Virus record (IMG/VR): IMGVR_UViG_3300029305_011880 | Direction: 5' to 3' (one strand) | DNA from: an uncultured virus (IMG/VR IMGVR_UViG_3300029305_011880) | Lineage: Duplodnaviria > Heunggongvirae > Uroviricota > Caudoviricetes | DNA length: 64,000 nt | Shown: positions 47,585-59,600 of the stretch, piece by piece | Numbering within the stretch: position 1 is the stretch's first letter | Layout: each line of letters starts with the position of its first letter | Position numbers and translations under genes: made by a program | The notes under the pieces: model-generated | Database searches by the model: none | What the model saw: only the letters and a program-made list of their open reading frames with translations | What the model was told of the DNA's origin: nothing

Positions 47585-50383
47585 TTAATTTTGAGTGTTT
47601 GTATCTTGAGTAGTATCAGTAGTATCCTGAGTAACATCTTGCTGAGGAGCAGGATTTACGACAAAGGATACATTAGTCTCGCACAACACAGAGCCATCAA
47701 CGGCAGACTTCATATTGGCAGTGAAAGAATAAGTGCCAGCGGTCTTGAATGTTACACGGAATTTACTTGAAGCATTAGTCATGGGGAATCCATTAGCTCC
47801 ACCAAATTCTCCAGTTAATTCATACCAAGTATTATTTGAAATTTCAAAATATTCTAGTTTTTCAATAGCACTAGCATCGCTGAAATTAGAAGTTCCAACT
47901 ACCATCTTGCCAAAATCATCGTTTGCAATAGTTACAAAAGTGAATTCGGTAGGGACACCCACTGTGAAAGTTTTTGTACCGATATCTGTAACTAGAACAC
48001 TTGGAACCAACTCTTCAACAACGGCAATATAAATGATTTCATTCTCATGATTTACAACATATTCAATGGCATCGCCAATTTCTAAATCCCAAACATATAT
48101 AATTTGGTCTTCGAGATAGTCTTCTTCAAGAGTGTTAAAAATCATAGCATCAGGATGTAATTCAAAATAATTATTAGATTTTTCAAATTCAATATATTCC
48201 TCATCGATAATATAAGAAATCACATCATAAGCTCTGTCCATTTCTTTTACATCAACAGCCAAATCATCAATATTCATTCTGTAAGAAATAACGTCACCAA
48301 TCTTAATAGTATTAGAAGCGTCATTCTTCAGAGTAATAGATTTATCGCCATCAAGAGTGTATAATTCGTAGAAGTCACCATAAATACTTCTACCTATGGA
48401 ATTTACTACGCCATACTCAATATCGTCTCCAATGTATTCATAACCGTCAGTAACGATAATGTAGTCTGCTTCAATAGAATCATCGCTAGTTACAACAACA
48501 ATCTTAACATTGTTATTTACAGAAGCATTCTTCATGGTTTCCCAATCAACGATAGAAAGTTCATCTGTGCCTTCGTCAGCTCTTATAACCGTAGTATCCT
48601 TAGATACATAGTAAATGCCATTAGCAGTCTTAATAGAAGAATTATAAATCTTCTGAATAGTAGTTTCCTCTGTCATGTCGAGTTCGGAAATAGTAGTAAT
48701 TTCCTCATCGCTATAAGTAATTTCTACAAAAGAGAATGTAGAATTTTCGCCAAAGACCTTTAAATCAACATAATCAACAGGATTGTCATTGTATCTGTTA
48801 GTCTTGGAAGTGTAGTAATAAGTTTCAAAATCTCCATCTTCAACGTCGAAAATTTCAATATACTTATTACCGAAAGAAACCTTATCAACTACGATACCAA
48901 CAGACATATTTTCGTCTGCCTGCTTAGCGTAGATATGGATGATTTCATCATTATGATTCAGTACAGCAGTAACTTTTAAACCAATTAGAGCAGATAAGTC
49001 AGAAATTTTATTAACTCTCTTAATAGTTTCATTGTCGTTTATAGAATAAGTTACACTATCTGCAAATTCAATGTTTTTACCAGCAATGTTAGCACCCTTA
49101 GAGGAAGAAATACTAGTTAGCTTACCTTCTACAGAAGTGTTATTGGAAGCATAGAAGAATATAGAATCAGAAGTGCTCAAAGCAGCAACAATATCTTCAT
49201 CATTTAAAGCTTCAATACCACCAAATTTACCATCCTTATAAACGATAACCTGCTTATTTCTTATGGAATACTGACTATCGCTAGCAGTAGAATAATCGAA
49301 AACCTTAACATATTTTTCAGTAATGTCGGAAATCATTAAACTATTCTTATTAAATTCATAAGCATATACAGCAGAAACTTTGCCGTCCTCGTCAAATACT
49401 AGCTTAGTGAATGCACCAAGGTCAAGATATCCAATATTAGAACTCTTATTGTTAATATAAACATCGTATTCCTTAGCGAAGGTATAATACTCATCATCTA
49501 GTTCGATTTTCTTACTTGTTAAAGAATCAACAAACCCCATAACCAAGTCAGAATCGACAGCTTTGAGATATAGAACTTCACCTTCATCATTCATATAACC
49601 CTCAACTTTTTCACCAATATAAGCAGGAGTAAGGTCGGATTCAAATGTATAATTTTTATCGTTAATTCTTACTTCGTTTAATTCTAAATCAGAATCAGTA
49701 AGTACGGTATCAGTAATTGTGCCTTCAATTACTTCATAATCTAGATAAGTAGTAAGAATGTTCCCCTTATTTTGGTTAAAATAGCTATAGAAAGGAATAT
49801 CTAAAGTATTAGCAATTAACTGAGCTAAATGGCCCCTGGTAGCAGGAGTATTATTCCAAATATCAATGTTTTCAGTCATACCAACCTGGCTAGCATAGAT
49901 AGTGTAGCCGTTAGGCCAACCAATCTTAGCTGCTAATTCACCATAACCAAGAACGCGAAGAAGAACAGTTTCAGCCTCTACTATAGTAACATTGGCGTCA
50001 GGATTAAATTTGTTATTACCAACACCATCTACCAAACCTAAAGCATGTGCAATAGCAATATAATCTTTAGCCCAATGAGTTTCAGGAACGTCAGTAAATT
50101 TGTTCTGTGTAGAACCGATTAGATAATCATAACCCAAAGTACGAACTATCATAGTTACAAATTCTGCACGAGTAATATTATTTTCAAGATGTAATTTACC
50201 ATCAGTGTAACCAACCATGATACCAAGAGATTTCATTAATTCTCCAGCTTCGGAGTATTTTTTCTCGATAGAAGTACTAGTGGATGTGATTGTGAGAGTA
50301 TCTGTATCTGCAGCAAAGCATGGAACGCTTAGTGAGAATAACATACTCAAAACCAAAACAATAGAAAATATACTCTTTTTCAT
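47585..50383 (-). CDS. SLH-domain S-layer-like surface protein
   Basis: Signal peptide; SLH motifs LGIMVGYTDG..ITRAEF, FTDVPETHWA..GLVDG..FNPDANVT, ATRGHLA; beta-rich repeats; C-terminal Ig-like module and T/D/Q tail. Confidence 0.88.
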   Translation of the reverse strand: MKKSIFSIVLVLSMLFSLSVPCFAADTDTLTITSTSTSIEKKYSEAGELMKSLGIMVGYTDGKLHLENNITRAEFVTMIVRTLGYDYLIGSTQNKFTDVPETHWAKDYIAIAHALGLVDGVGNNKFNPDANVTIVEAETVLLRVLGYGELAAKIGWPNGYTIYASQVGMTENIDIWNNTPATRGHLAQLIANTLDIPFYSYFNQNKGNILTTYLDYEVIEGTITDTVLTDSDLELNEVRINDKNYTFESDLTPAYIGEKVEGYMNDEGEVLYLKAVDSDLVMGFVDSLTSKKIELDDEYYTFAKEYDVYINNKSSNIGYLDLGAFTKLVFDEDGKVSAVYAYEFNKNSLMISDITEKYVKVFDYSTASDSQYSIRNKQVIVYKDGKFGGIEALNDEDIVAALSTSDSIFFYASNNTSVEGKLTSISSSKGANIAGKNIEFADSVTYSINDNETIKRVNKISDLSALIGLKVTAVLNHNDEIIHIYAKQADENMSVGIVVDKVSFGNKYIEIFDVEDGDFETYYYTSKTNRYNDNPVDYVDLKVFGENSTFSFVEITYSDEEITTISELDMTEETTIQKIYNSSIKTANGIYYVSKDTTVIRADEGTDELSIVDWETMKNASVNNNVKIVVVTSDDSIEADYIIVTDGYEYIGDDIEYGVVNSIGRSIYGDFYELYTLDGDKSITLKNDASNTIKIGDVISYRMNIDDLAVDVKEMDRAYDVISYIIDEEYIEFEKSNNYFELHPDAMIFNTLEEDYLEDQIIYVWDLEIGDAIEYVVNHENEIIYIAVVEELVPSVLVTDIGTKTFTVGVPTEFTFVTIANDDFGKMVVGTSNFSDASAIEKLEYFEISNNTWYELTGEFGGANGFPMTNASSKFRVTFKTAGTYSFTANMKSAVDGSVLCETNVSFVVNPAPQQDVTQDTTDTTQDTNTQN

Positions 50384-50423
50384 AAAATATAGACGATATT
50401 ATGTATTATATCGCCATCCTCCT
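50384..50423 (-). promoter_or_regulatory. Distant Shine-Dalgarno brought near the start codon by an intervening hairpin
   Basis: mRNA AAGGAGG-AU-GGCGAUAU-AAUACAUA-AUAUCGUC-UAUAUUUU-AUG; SD is 34 nt from the AUG and there is no closer SD. Confidence 0.55.
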
Positions 50424-50564
50424 TTTTTAGAGTTTTTAGATTTTTTATTTAATCTGCTAGATATATATTCATTGTACATCCTTTTTCTACATTTATCTGT
50501 TTATTTTGTCTTGTAATGAAAATGTAATATTGCTGTAACATTAATACAGTTATGTAACAAACAA

Positions 50565-50603
50565 AACAAAAAACCATGTGCAATTTGCACATGGTTTTTT
50601 GTT
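50565..50603 (-). terminator. Intrinsic terminator after the giant gene
   Basis: 19-bp inverted repeat aacaaaaaaccatgtgcaa/ttgcacatggttttttgtt. Confidence 0.8.
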
Positions 50604-50636
50604 GTTTTAAATTATCACGACTATCAATGATTGATA

Positions 50637-53600
50637 TTACTCAACTTCCCATTCAGTACTACCCCACTTATAGTCGTTAGGGTCACCCATTGTCTTTGTT
50701 GTTTGACATACACAAAGAGGTATGACAGGCTTTCCAACTTCTTCAAAGAACGAGTCATTATTTCTACTAGCAAGGAGGTTTTCTCCAAGAAGTTCTTTTT
50801 CATATTGCCCGACAGCATTGAATTTAGAACCTCTTAGGTCAAATACCAAGTTCTTAGTAGTATCCCAACCCTTCTCAAGATAGAAGCCATTACGCTGATT
50901 ACCAGTAGCATCTTTTCTTACAGGAGTTACCCATTCAATTTGCCACTGTACGCATAAGCCGTCAATAACATTCATGCACTTACTAGATGACTCTACCAAC
51001 CAAGCGGTTGCTAAAGCATTTTCAATCTCACAACGTTTAGTGTCTTTATCACCAGTACAAATAATCAATCCAGTATAGTAATCATTACCGAACTCAAATT
51101 TCTGCCATACAGTCTTGTTATCTGGTCCGTAATAACATACTCCATTACCCTCTTGGTTAGTAGTCCATTCAGCACCTACGTGACCCTGAGTGGTTGTAGA
51201 ATTGTTTTCATTAGGATACATGAATTGATTTGTGCCCGCCTGATAACTACAACCATAAGGTTCAGCAGGTCTTACATCGCAATAACCATAGTCTTCATTA
51301 TTAATAACGTCAGAGAAACTATTTGGAGTCATAGTTTTACCATCTCCGATAGCAGTCTTGCCAGTATCATTAACACCAAAATGGTTATAACCTGTAGGAG
51401 GATAAGTTGTAGCATTATCTTCTCCTAGACCACCAAGAATATTGTGATAGTTATTGTAGAAATCCAACAAGAAAGGTCTATCAGTTCTAGGAGCAGCACC
51501 AGGTCTAGTAGCTCTATCAGTAGTATAAGTAGTTACGAATTTGAGGTCGAACCATTCACCACTACGAGGACGAGCTTCAGGAGGTGTATCTCCTTCGAAA
51601 TTCAACTGAATCCACTTGTCTCCGCTAGATACGGTTTTAATCCAAGAGGTTGCAACAATTTCTTCGCTATAAGATTTCATAATAACCTTGTCATTAGGAT
51701 ATGCAACTTTAGGCTCCGTTGTGTCGCAAGTATATTGCCAGATTTCAGTAGGATTAGAATGAGTTCTGGATACCCAAGAGTTTCCAGAGTCACCACTGTT
51801 AGTTGTGTAATACTTGATTTCCTGATATTCTTCAGTTCTCCATCTTACACAACGTGGGGTACCAAGTTCAAGGCTTACGCTGTCATTGTAATATTCGTAA
51901 CAATAAACATCGTCGTTAGCGATTTCACCACTGCCACATCTCTTAGTCATATGTTCTGCAACATTGTAAGGAGTGCTGCTTTCATTATGATAACGAGTAT
52001 ATGTAGAAGTAGAAGCACCACCACAGTCTTTGCTATCACTATGACTTTCGGAATGCCCGTCAGTCCAAGTTAAAGTCCAATCGACATAATCGCCGTCAGT
52101 CCACCAGTGATATTCGCAACTGCCAGTGTGGCTATGGCACTTAGGACTTTCTGCGATACAAGAACCATTATAGTACTCATCACAACTTACGCAGGAGTTT
52201 ATTTCCCCAGTACAGTTAGAATAGTTCATATGGTGACAAGTATCATCAGTGATACCAGAATCGGTTACGGTAATCGTACCAGTTTGCCACCACTGACAAG
52301 AACCAGAGGTTTCATTTCCTGAATTCTGTACCCAACCGCTATCAGCCCAGCCGAAGTAGTCTAAGCAATCCCAGTCAGCATGTTTTCTGTAGCAGGTAGC
52401 ACCGCTATCATTCCACCAAACTTCTTCAGGAGGAGACATTGTTTCATTCTCCCAGACACAAGTTCTTGTATTGTCAGAGCTATCAGCAGCATAGCAAACA
52501 CCCGAACCATTCTTTGTCGTCTGAGCAAAACTTCTTCCGTTAGCATCAGTACCATACACAAAGTAGGTTTCACAGCTATAACTTACATCTCTGTGAGACA
52601 TTACATCACAAACGTCCATAGTTTTAGTCTGCGCCCAACCATTATGTGCGGCACCTTGGTTTAGGTTAGTTTGGGTCTGGTTCTTCATAACAATGTGGTC
52701 AGTTTTGGTAGTAGGACTCATTCCAGCACCATCTTCCAATGTGTAATCCTGGAAGTAAGCATAAGGAATATAGTCATTAGGTTTTAAACCGCTGTCAGCA
52801 TCAGGAGAGAATGTCTCTACCCAAGTCTCACAGATTTCGTTACCCCACCAGTCAGTAACAACATCACACTTTGTTGTATTAGGAGCTTCGGTGTATCCGT
52901 GACATACATTTACACTTCTATCAGTTTCAGTACTATCAGCAAAATTGTGATTTTCGCCAGATGCACCATGGTTATTATCGCCATAGGTTTCTGAACCATT
53001 GACGAATGTGGAGTTTTGAGGAGTACATTTGCCAGCAACACCCTGAGAAGTTAATACTTCATGAGTGGTATAAACACTGGTCTTAGCCTCACTCCAGAGA
53101 TAGTAAGTAACGTTATGACTTACGTTCATTTCATATCTCCAACATGCCTTACTATTACTCTTATAGTCAGTACATAATTCAGTATAATCCAACTTATCAC
53201 TCTTGAATGCCATATAGTCATCAGGAGCACGATTTACATTTCCTGTTCCGATTGTAGTATGGTATTCTCTATCCTGGGTACTGCCAGAAACAGTACCTAC
53301 ATCATAATCAATCCAGCTCAAGTTAGCTTGTTGACTTGTTTGATAAGGAATAATATTTCTGTCGAAAGTATAGAGGAAGTCGAAGTTTACACCCCATGTA
53401 TTACGTCTTGTACATATCAGGTCATCACATACAGGCATACAATCTTCGCCAACACACTTGTCATCAACAGGAACACTGACCATATCTTCATTATCGTCAT
53501 AAACTGCTTCTGTAAATTTATGCGCTCCTGTTTTACCACCATTAATCATGACAGTAAAACTCATCATATTTTCTATGTCACTCTTCTTAAATTGTAGATT

Positions 53601-56600
53601 ACATGTACCATTAAATGTAATTAATACTTTTCCACCAGTACCCACGTTCATAACATGAGCAATAGGTGTAAAGGTGCACTTATCACTACCAGTAACAGGA
53701 TTTCCATTAGCATCTTTTAATACATATTTGATATCCAAGTTCTTATTTGGATTAACTTTATCTGTATCTCTTTCTTTTACTAGCTCATATGTTCCTGTGA
53801 AATTAACGGTAACATTGCCGCTATTTGCAAGAACTCCATTAGAATCAGTATCCACCCAAATCTTGAATGGGTCAACATTGAGATTTCTGATTGAATAGTT
53901 AGTGTAATTACCAACTACCCAGCAGTTTGCATCAGTGTTGTTTGTCCAGTCAACATCAGCGTAACCATCATTATCTGCGGAATTATGAGTAGCAATAGCC
54001 TGGATACTGCCTTCAACATTAGCTTTGATTAAAACTTCAGCTTCAGGCTGGTCTGCAGTTAATTTATTCTGGGTAGTAGAAATACGTACATAACCAGAAC
54101 CACCAGAACCAGAATATACACGGTTAGCACAACTGTAATAACCACCACCGTAGTAACCGCCACCACAGCCTCCCGCACCTTGCCCTAGGCTACCAGCACT
54201 ACAAGTTACGGTATAACCATAACTATCGACAGATGCACGACAAGATTCGGTTTGAGAAGCGCCATAGTTTTGGCTTTGGAACTCCTGCTTATTGCCCCAA
54301 GTGGAGTAATAGTTAAAGTGAGCAGTAGAACCACCACCAGGACCACCACGTTGGTCGACAGCGTACTTAGCACCACCACCGCCACCACCAGCAACGATAA
54401 TACGGTCAGTCCAAGCTGTACCATTGATACGAATATCAGTAGCACCGCCACCAGGGCTACGGTAAACCTGTACGCTAGGAGCTTCTCCACCATTACCGCC
54501 ACCATTCCAACCACCTGTTAAGGAGTTGTCAGCAGGATGCCCACCAACATATACAGCTATATCAACAGTTCTGTTTATAGTTAAGTTACCAACAGAATAA
54601 CCGCCCTTGCCACCAGTTCCCCACTTGCTACCACCTTGAGCGCCCCAAACTTCGAGCTTGTAGTTACCAGCAGTTAGTTTCATATTCTGAACATCCCCAG
54701 TGTAGGAGAAGCTCTTTACAACAGAACCAGTGTCGATATTTGTGATTCTAGCATAACCATGACCAGCATGACCAGTTTCATTGGCACCGCCAGTGCCCTT
54801 AAATGTTTCATGTCCACCATAAGTAGCAGCATTGGTTAAGAAGAATCTATTAGAACCATCAGCATTGTACAAGTCACCTTGATTTACATCAAGAACTTTA
54901 TTTACATCCGTGTCAGTAACAACTCTAATATTTGTAGAAATAGGAACGTCTTTATTCTCAATATTCTCAATCTTTGCAAATAGAGAACATCTGTCATATT
55001 TATCGGTATCAATTATTACACAAGCTCCATCACGTGTTATAAAGTCGACGGTAGTTGTGTTACTACCAATTTCATAACATCTCATAATTAAAGTTGTTTC
55101 GACATTAGGCCCAGGCCCTAAAGAATAATTAAATGTAAAATTATCCCATGTAGCGTAAGCATTAATAGTAGCAGCTTCTCCGCTTATTGTTGCGTTATAA
55201 GAACCATTTCTAACGCTCTTATTCTTCAGACCGTTTGCAGGAATGATAGCTGCAGCATTGGGCTCAGAAACAGTCAACATGTAGTTATTAGTAGAGAAAT
55301 AGAATCTCTGAATTGCATCAGTAGCAGCAGTAGAAACAACGCACTTATTCTCCTCAGGCTTGCCTTGGAGCATGCTCATAGCAGATACATTGACTACGCT
55401 CTTATGTCTAATAGCAGCACATGTGCCATCAGGACTCTTTACGCCGCCTCTAATTGTCATTTTTTCGCTTACAGAAGCGTTTTCCATAGAAGGAATGATT
55501 CTGTTAAATACGCTATCACTAGCAGAGTTTTCTAGGTGCTGAATATCAACACTAATATAGCTCATACTAGCAGGAGTATTACCAGCAATATTAGACTCTT
55601 TAATATGTTCATATTTAGTATAAATCTTAACGATATAGTTGACGTTAGTATCCAAATTATGAGTCTGACTTACTGGGTCGTAAGTATTACAATATACCTT
55701 ATCTTTTTCTGCTCTTGCGACACCGTTGTCATAAGGTAACTGATAGCCACCATGTACAGGGTCCAAAGTAGTAGAAGTAGTATATTTAGCTGTAGAACCT
55801 TTTCTTAGTTCATCACCATTAATACATCTATCAAGAGTTCTAGCTTCAGCGGCAAATACAACTTCAAGAGTTGTCGCATTCAAAACTTCAAATCTATCAA
55901 TATAAACGTCTCCATCAGGAGCAAGCTTAAATCCAGAAATAAAGTCAGAACGGTCATCAGTGAATTTTGTATTGTCCATATATGCATCAGCCAAAGAAAC
56001 TTTGTTTTTAGATATCTCACTGAATTCAGGGTCAACGAAACTGTTAGGAGCGCCAATTACAGACGAGATAAAGATGTTTTTAACGTATGTTTCACCGTTT
56101 TCATCTTCCTCCATATTTAGCTTATTAACACCATCTTCAACAGTGATAAACTTTTCTTGTCCAGCTGTAAAGGAGTAAGGAACACAAGTCTTCTTAGTGC
56201 CAAATGCGACCTCTTCGTTGCTAGGAGCATTATAGTAGCAGAAAGAATCTTCGTTAAACTGGAAGTAAAAATCAATCTCAGACCACATAGTCGAGAAGTC
56301 ACTATCCAGAATGAATCCCTTATCCATACCTTGCCACATAGACCAGAGGAACTCGGAAGCATTTACTTGGTCACCATCACTAGTGTTCAAGAACATTGAT
56401 GTATCAGGAGTCGTAGAAGTCATGTAGCTTCTGCTGTTATAGTACTGCCTATTACCAGCAAAGACTGATTCTAAACCACCATTGATAACATTTCCACCGA
56501 TATCTGTAGCAGGAATAACTATCTTATAAGTTTGATAAGTATCACCATTCAATACACCGCAATCTCTCTCGTAATTTACATTTGCACAAGTATCAACATC

Positions 56601-59600
56601 GCCTACACTGCCAGGCTTGCAGATTCTGCATTGCTCAGTAGATGCAAACTTGGAAGGAGATGCTGCTTTTGCAGTTCCCGTAGGAGCAACAAGAGTGAAT
56701 TCAATATTGACTGTTGGGAAGAGAGCAGTGTTTGCAAACTTCAAACCAGCATCAACATATTTTGCACCTCTACTAGATGTTGTCTTGAATCCAACATAGT
56801 TAGTGTATTTATAAATCTTACCAACTTCAACATTATTCATTTCGCCCTCAAGGGAAATTTCATTAAAATCGGTAATATCTCTAACTTCAATATATTCGCA
56901 TCTAGGATTACCGCCATCAGTAACGAAGTTATAAGGAGGAGCGCAAAGGTCGTTTTGATAACTATCAAGTTCTTCCTTCACACAAACGCCATTTACCAAA
57001 TGATACCCCATGTCGCACCAAGAAGCAGCCTCTCTCTTACAGAAATACTCATTGCCAATCTTATAAACGATACCATCGTTTGTACAACTTACAGGAGCAA
57101 CTTGAGCTTCACACTTGGCCATATCTTCGTTATAAACAGTACCTACAGCACACATTATGTTTTCCTGCAATGTGCACTTATTAGTATTAACATCAAATGC
57201 AATGCCATTTGTACATGTAGGAATAATCTTAAGTCTAGCTTCCATAGAGCAAACGCCACTATTAGCAGTTACAGACTTAATCTTAGTAATCTTAATTGCG
57301 CCATTACCAGAATGTCCATTTTCATATGTACCATCTACACCAGTGAAGGAAACGCTACCATCAAACATGTATCCATTAATAACGCCACCGACATAACCAG
57401 AACCACCAGCACCACCAGTTCCGTGATATCCACCAGCGGCACCACCGTAGTAGCCGCCACCACCGCCACCAGTGTAAGAACTGTAGTAGCTTCCGCCTTG
57501 TCCCCAAGACCCACCTACGGCCCAACCACTGTTAGTAGTACCTCCACCAACTTGTGTACCACCAGTAGAATAGTAGCTAGTAGACCAGTTTGCATGAGCA
57601 TTTGATTGGCCACCTTGATAACCGCCACCATATCCACCATGCGAAATATAAGAGTTAACCGCATGACCACCACCGCCACCACCAGCAACGATAATACGGT
57701 TACCTAAACCAGTACCACCCATTCTAATATCAGTAGCACCACCGCCACCACCAGAATAGCAGTAAGCGTTGCCGCCACCGTTCCAACCACCAGCAGGATA
57801 ATTACAACTTCCATTGTCACTTGCACCCATACCACCAACATATAAATACAAAGTAGTTCTTTCTGTGAGCGTCAAGAAACCAGCAGCATAACCGCCTTTA
57901 CCACCAATACCAACATAAGAAGAATTACTATAACCTTGACCACCCTGAGCACCCCAAACCTCTAGTTTGTAACTACCAGGGTCAAGAGTTACTTCTTCAT
58001 ATTTACCTTTATAAGAATAAGAAGTAGAACTTTCTTCAATATATGTAGGAGTAATAGTTGCAACATTATTGTTTCTTATATACAACTCTGTAACACCAGC
58101 ATAGTTGCTAGACATTGCCCAACCGACAGTTGGATGTGTTGGGTCAATCATTATTGCTATATTACTATAAGCTCCTCCATTAACGCGGAGACCTGCATTG
58201 TGCATTTCAGACATTGTTATAGTCTTAACCCATTTCCCATTAGCAAGGTCATAAACAACCAAGGAGTGCCCACAACCACAATCAGTAGCTTCGCTGAGAT
58301 AGATGTGATTATTTACTTTATCTATGTATGCAGCGCCACCAGTATAAGACGAGTAAGAATAATTTGCTCCACTCAAAGTTCCGATATATGTAATAGCTTT
58401 AGTAGAAACATTGAATTTATACAAATATTCACTACTGCCATTACCTCTGCCATCTACGAAGTAAACTGTATTTTCTCCATCCCATGCAGCACGTCCGTAA
58501 TTACCAAACGCTCTGTCTGTATTGTATTGAGTTCTGCCAGAAATGGTATGATTGGATTCATTAATAGTCCATTCAAAAATTGCAGAATGGCTACGAGACC
58601 AACCAACTAACTTTGTTACACCATCTTTGTAATAGGTTGTATAAGCAGTAGGTGTGGAACTGGTAGAAATATATTGAATGTAACTATCATTGTTATACCA
58701 GTTAGTAGTACCAACATAGGAACCAATTGTGCCATCAGGATTTCTAGTATAAACCATAATGTACTGCATATTACTATGCATTAAATATAGATAGTTTTGA
58801 CCGATTAACACGTCACCAGCCCACCAACCAGTATTTGTAGTTATATTTCTAGAAACACTGAAGTCAGTAGCATTTAAAGGACCATTAGTTGTTTGATATG
58901 TAATATTATCGCTCAATCCTCCAAGCAATACATCGTTATAACCCAAATTGGTAATTCTAGCAAAACCATGGTCAGAGTGACCAGTTTCGTAACCACCATA
59001 AGGAGCAACGAAAGATGTATCACCTGCAAGAGAAACTTTATTTGTTAATTGATTACCGACATAACCAGACCCGCCACCAGAGCCGCCACCTTCACCGCCA
59101 CCACCACCGTAGTAGCCGCCGCCACCACCACCACCAGATTCACCAGTGCTGTTATAGTGAGCACCTTGGCCGAAGGAGCCACGAGTTCCTGCAGCGCTCT
59201 GACTAGCGTTATAGTTTGTATTATATCCACCAACGCTGGTGTAACCACCACCATGTCCAGCAGCTTCATTATCTTCACCAGAACCACCGCCACCACCAGC
59301 GACAACAAGAATGGAGTCTCTACTATTACCTAAACTACTTAATAATCCATCCTTTGTAGCAATATGAGTAGCGCCACCACCAGAACCGCCAAATTCGCCA
59401 CCGTCATGATAAGCATTACCACCACCGTTAAATCCGCCAGATACCAATCCAGAAGAATGATAACTTCCGTTATTACCCTGACCCATACCACCAACATAAA
59501 CGTATAATGTGGTTTCAGTATCAAAGGTAATTACGCCAGAAGAATAACCACCTTTACCAAAGTTCCAAGAGGTATAAGAAGTTGTACCGTCAGCACCCTG

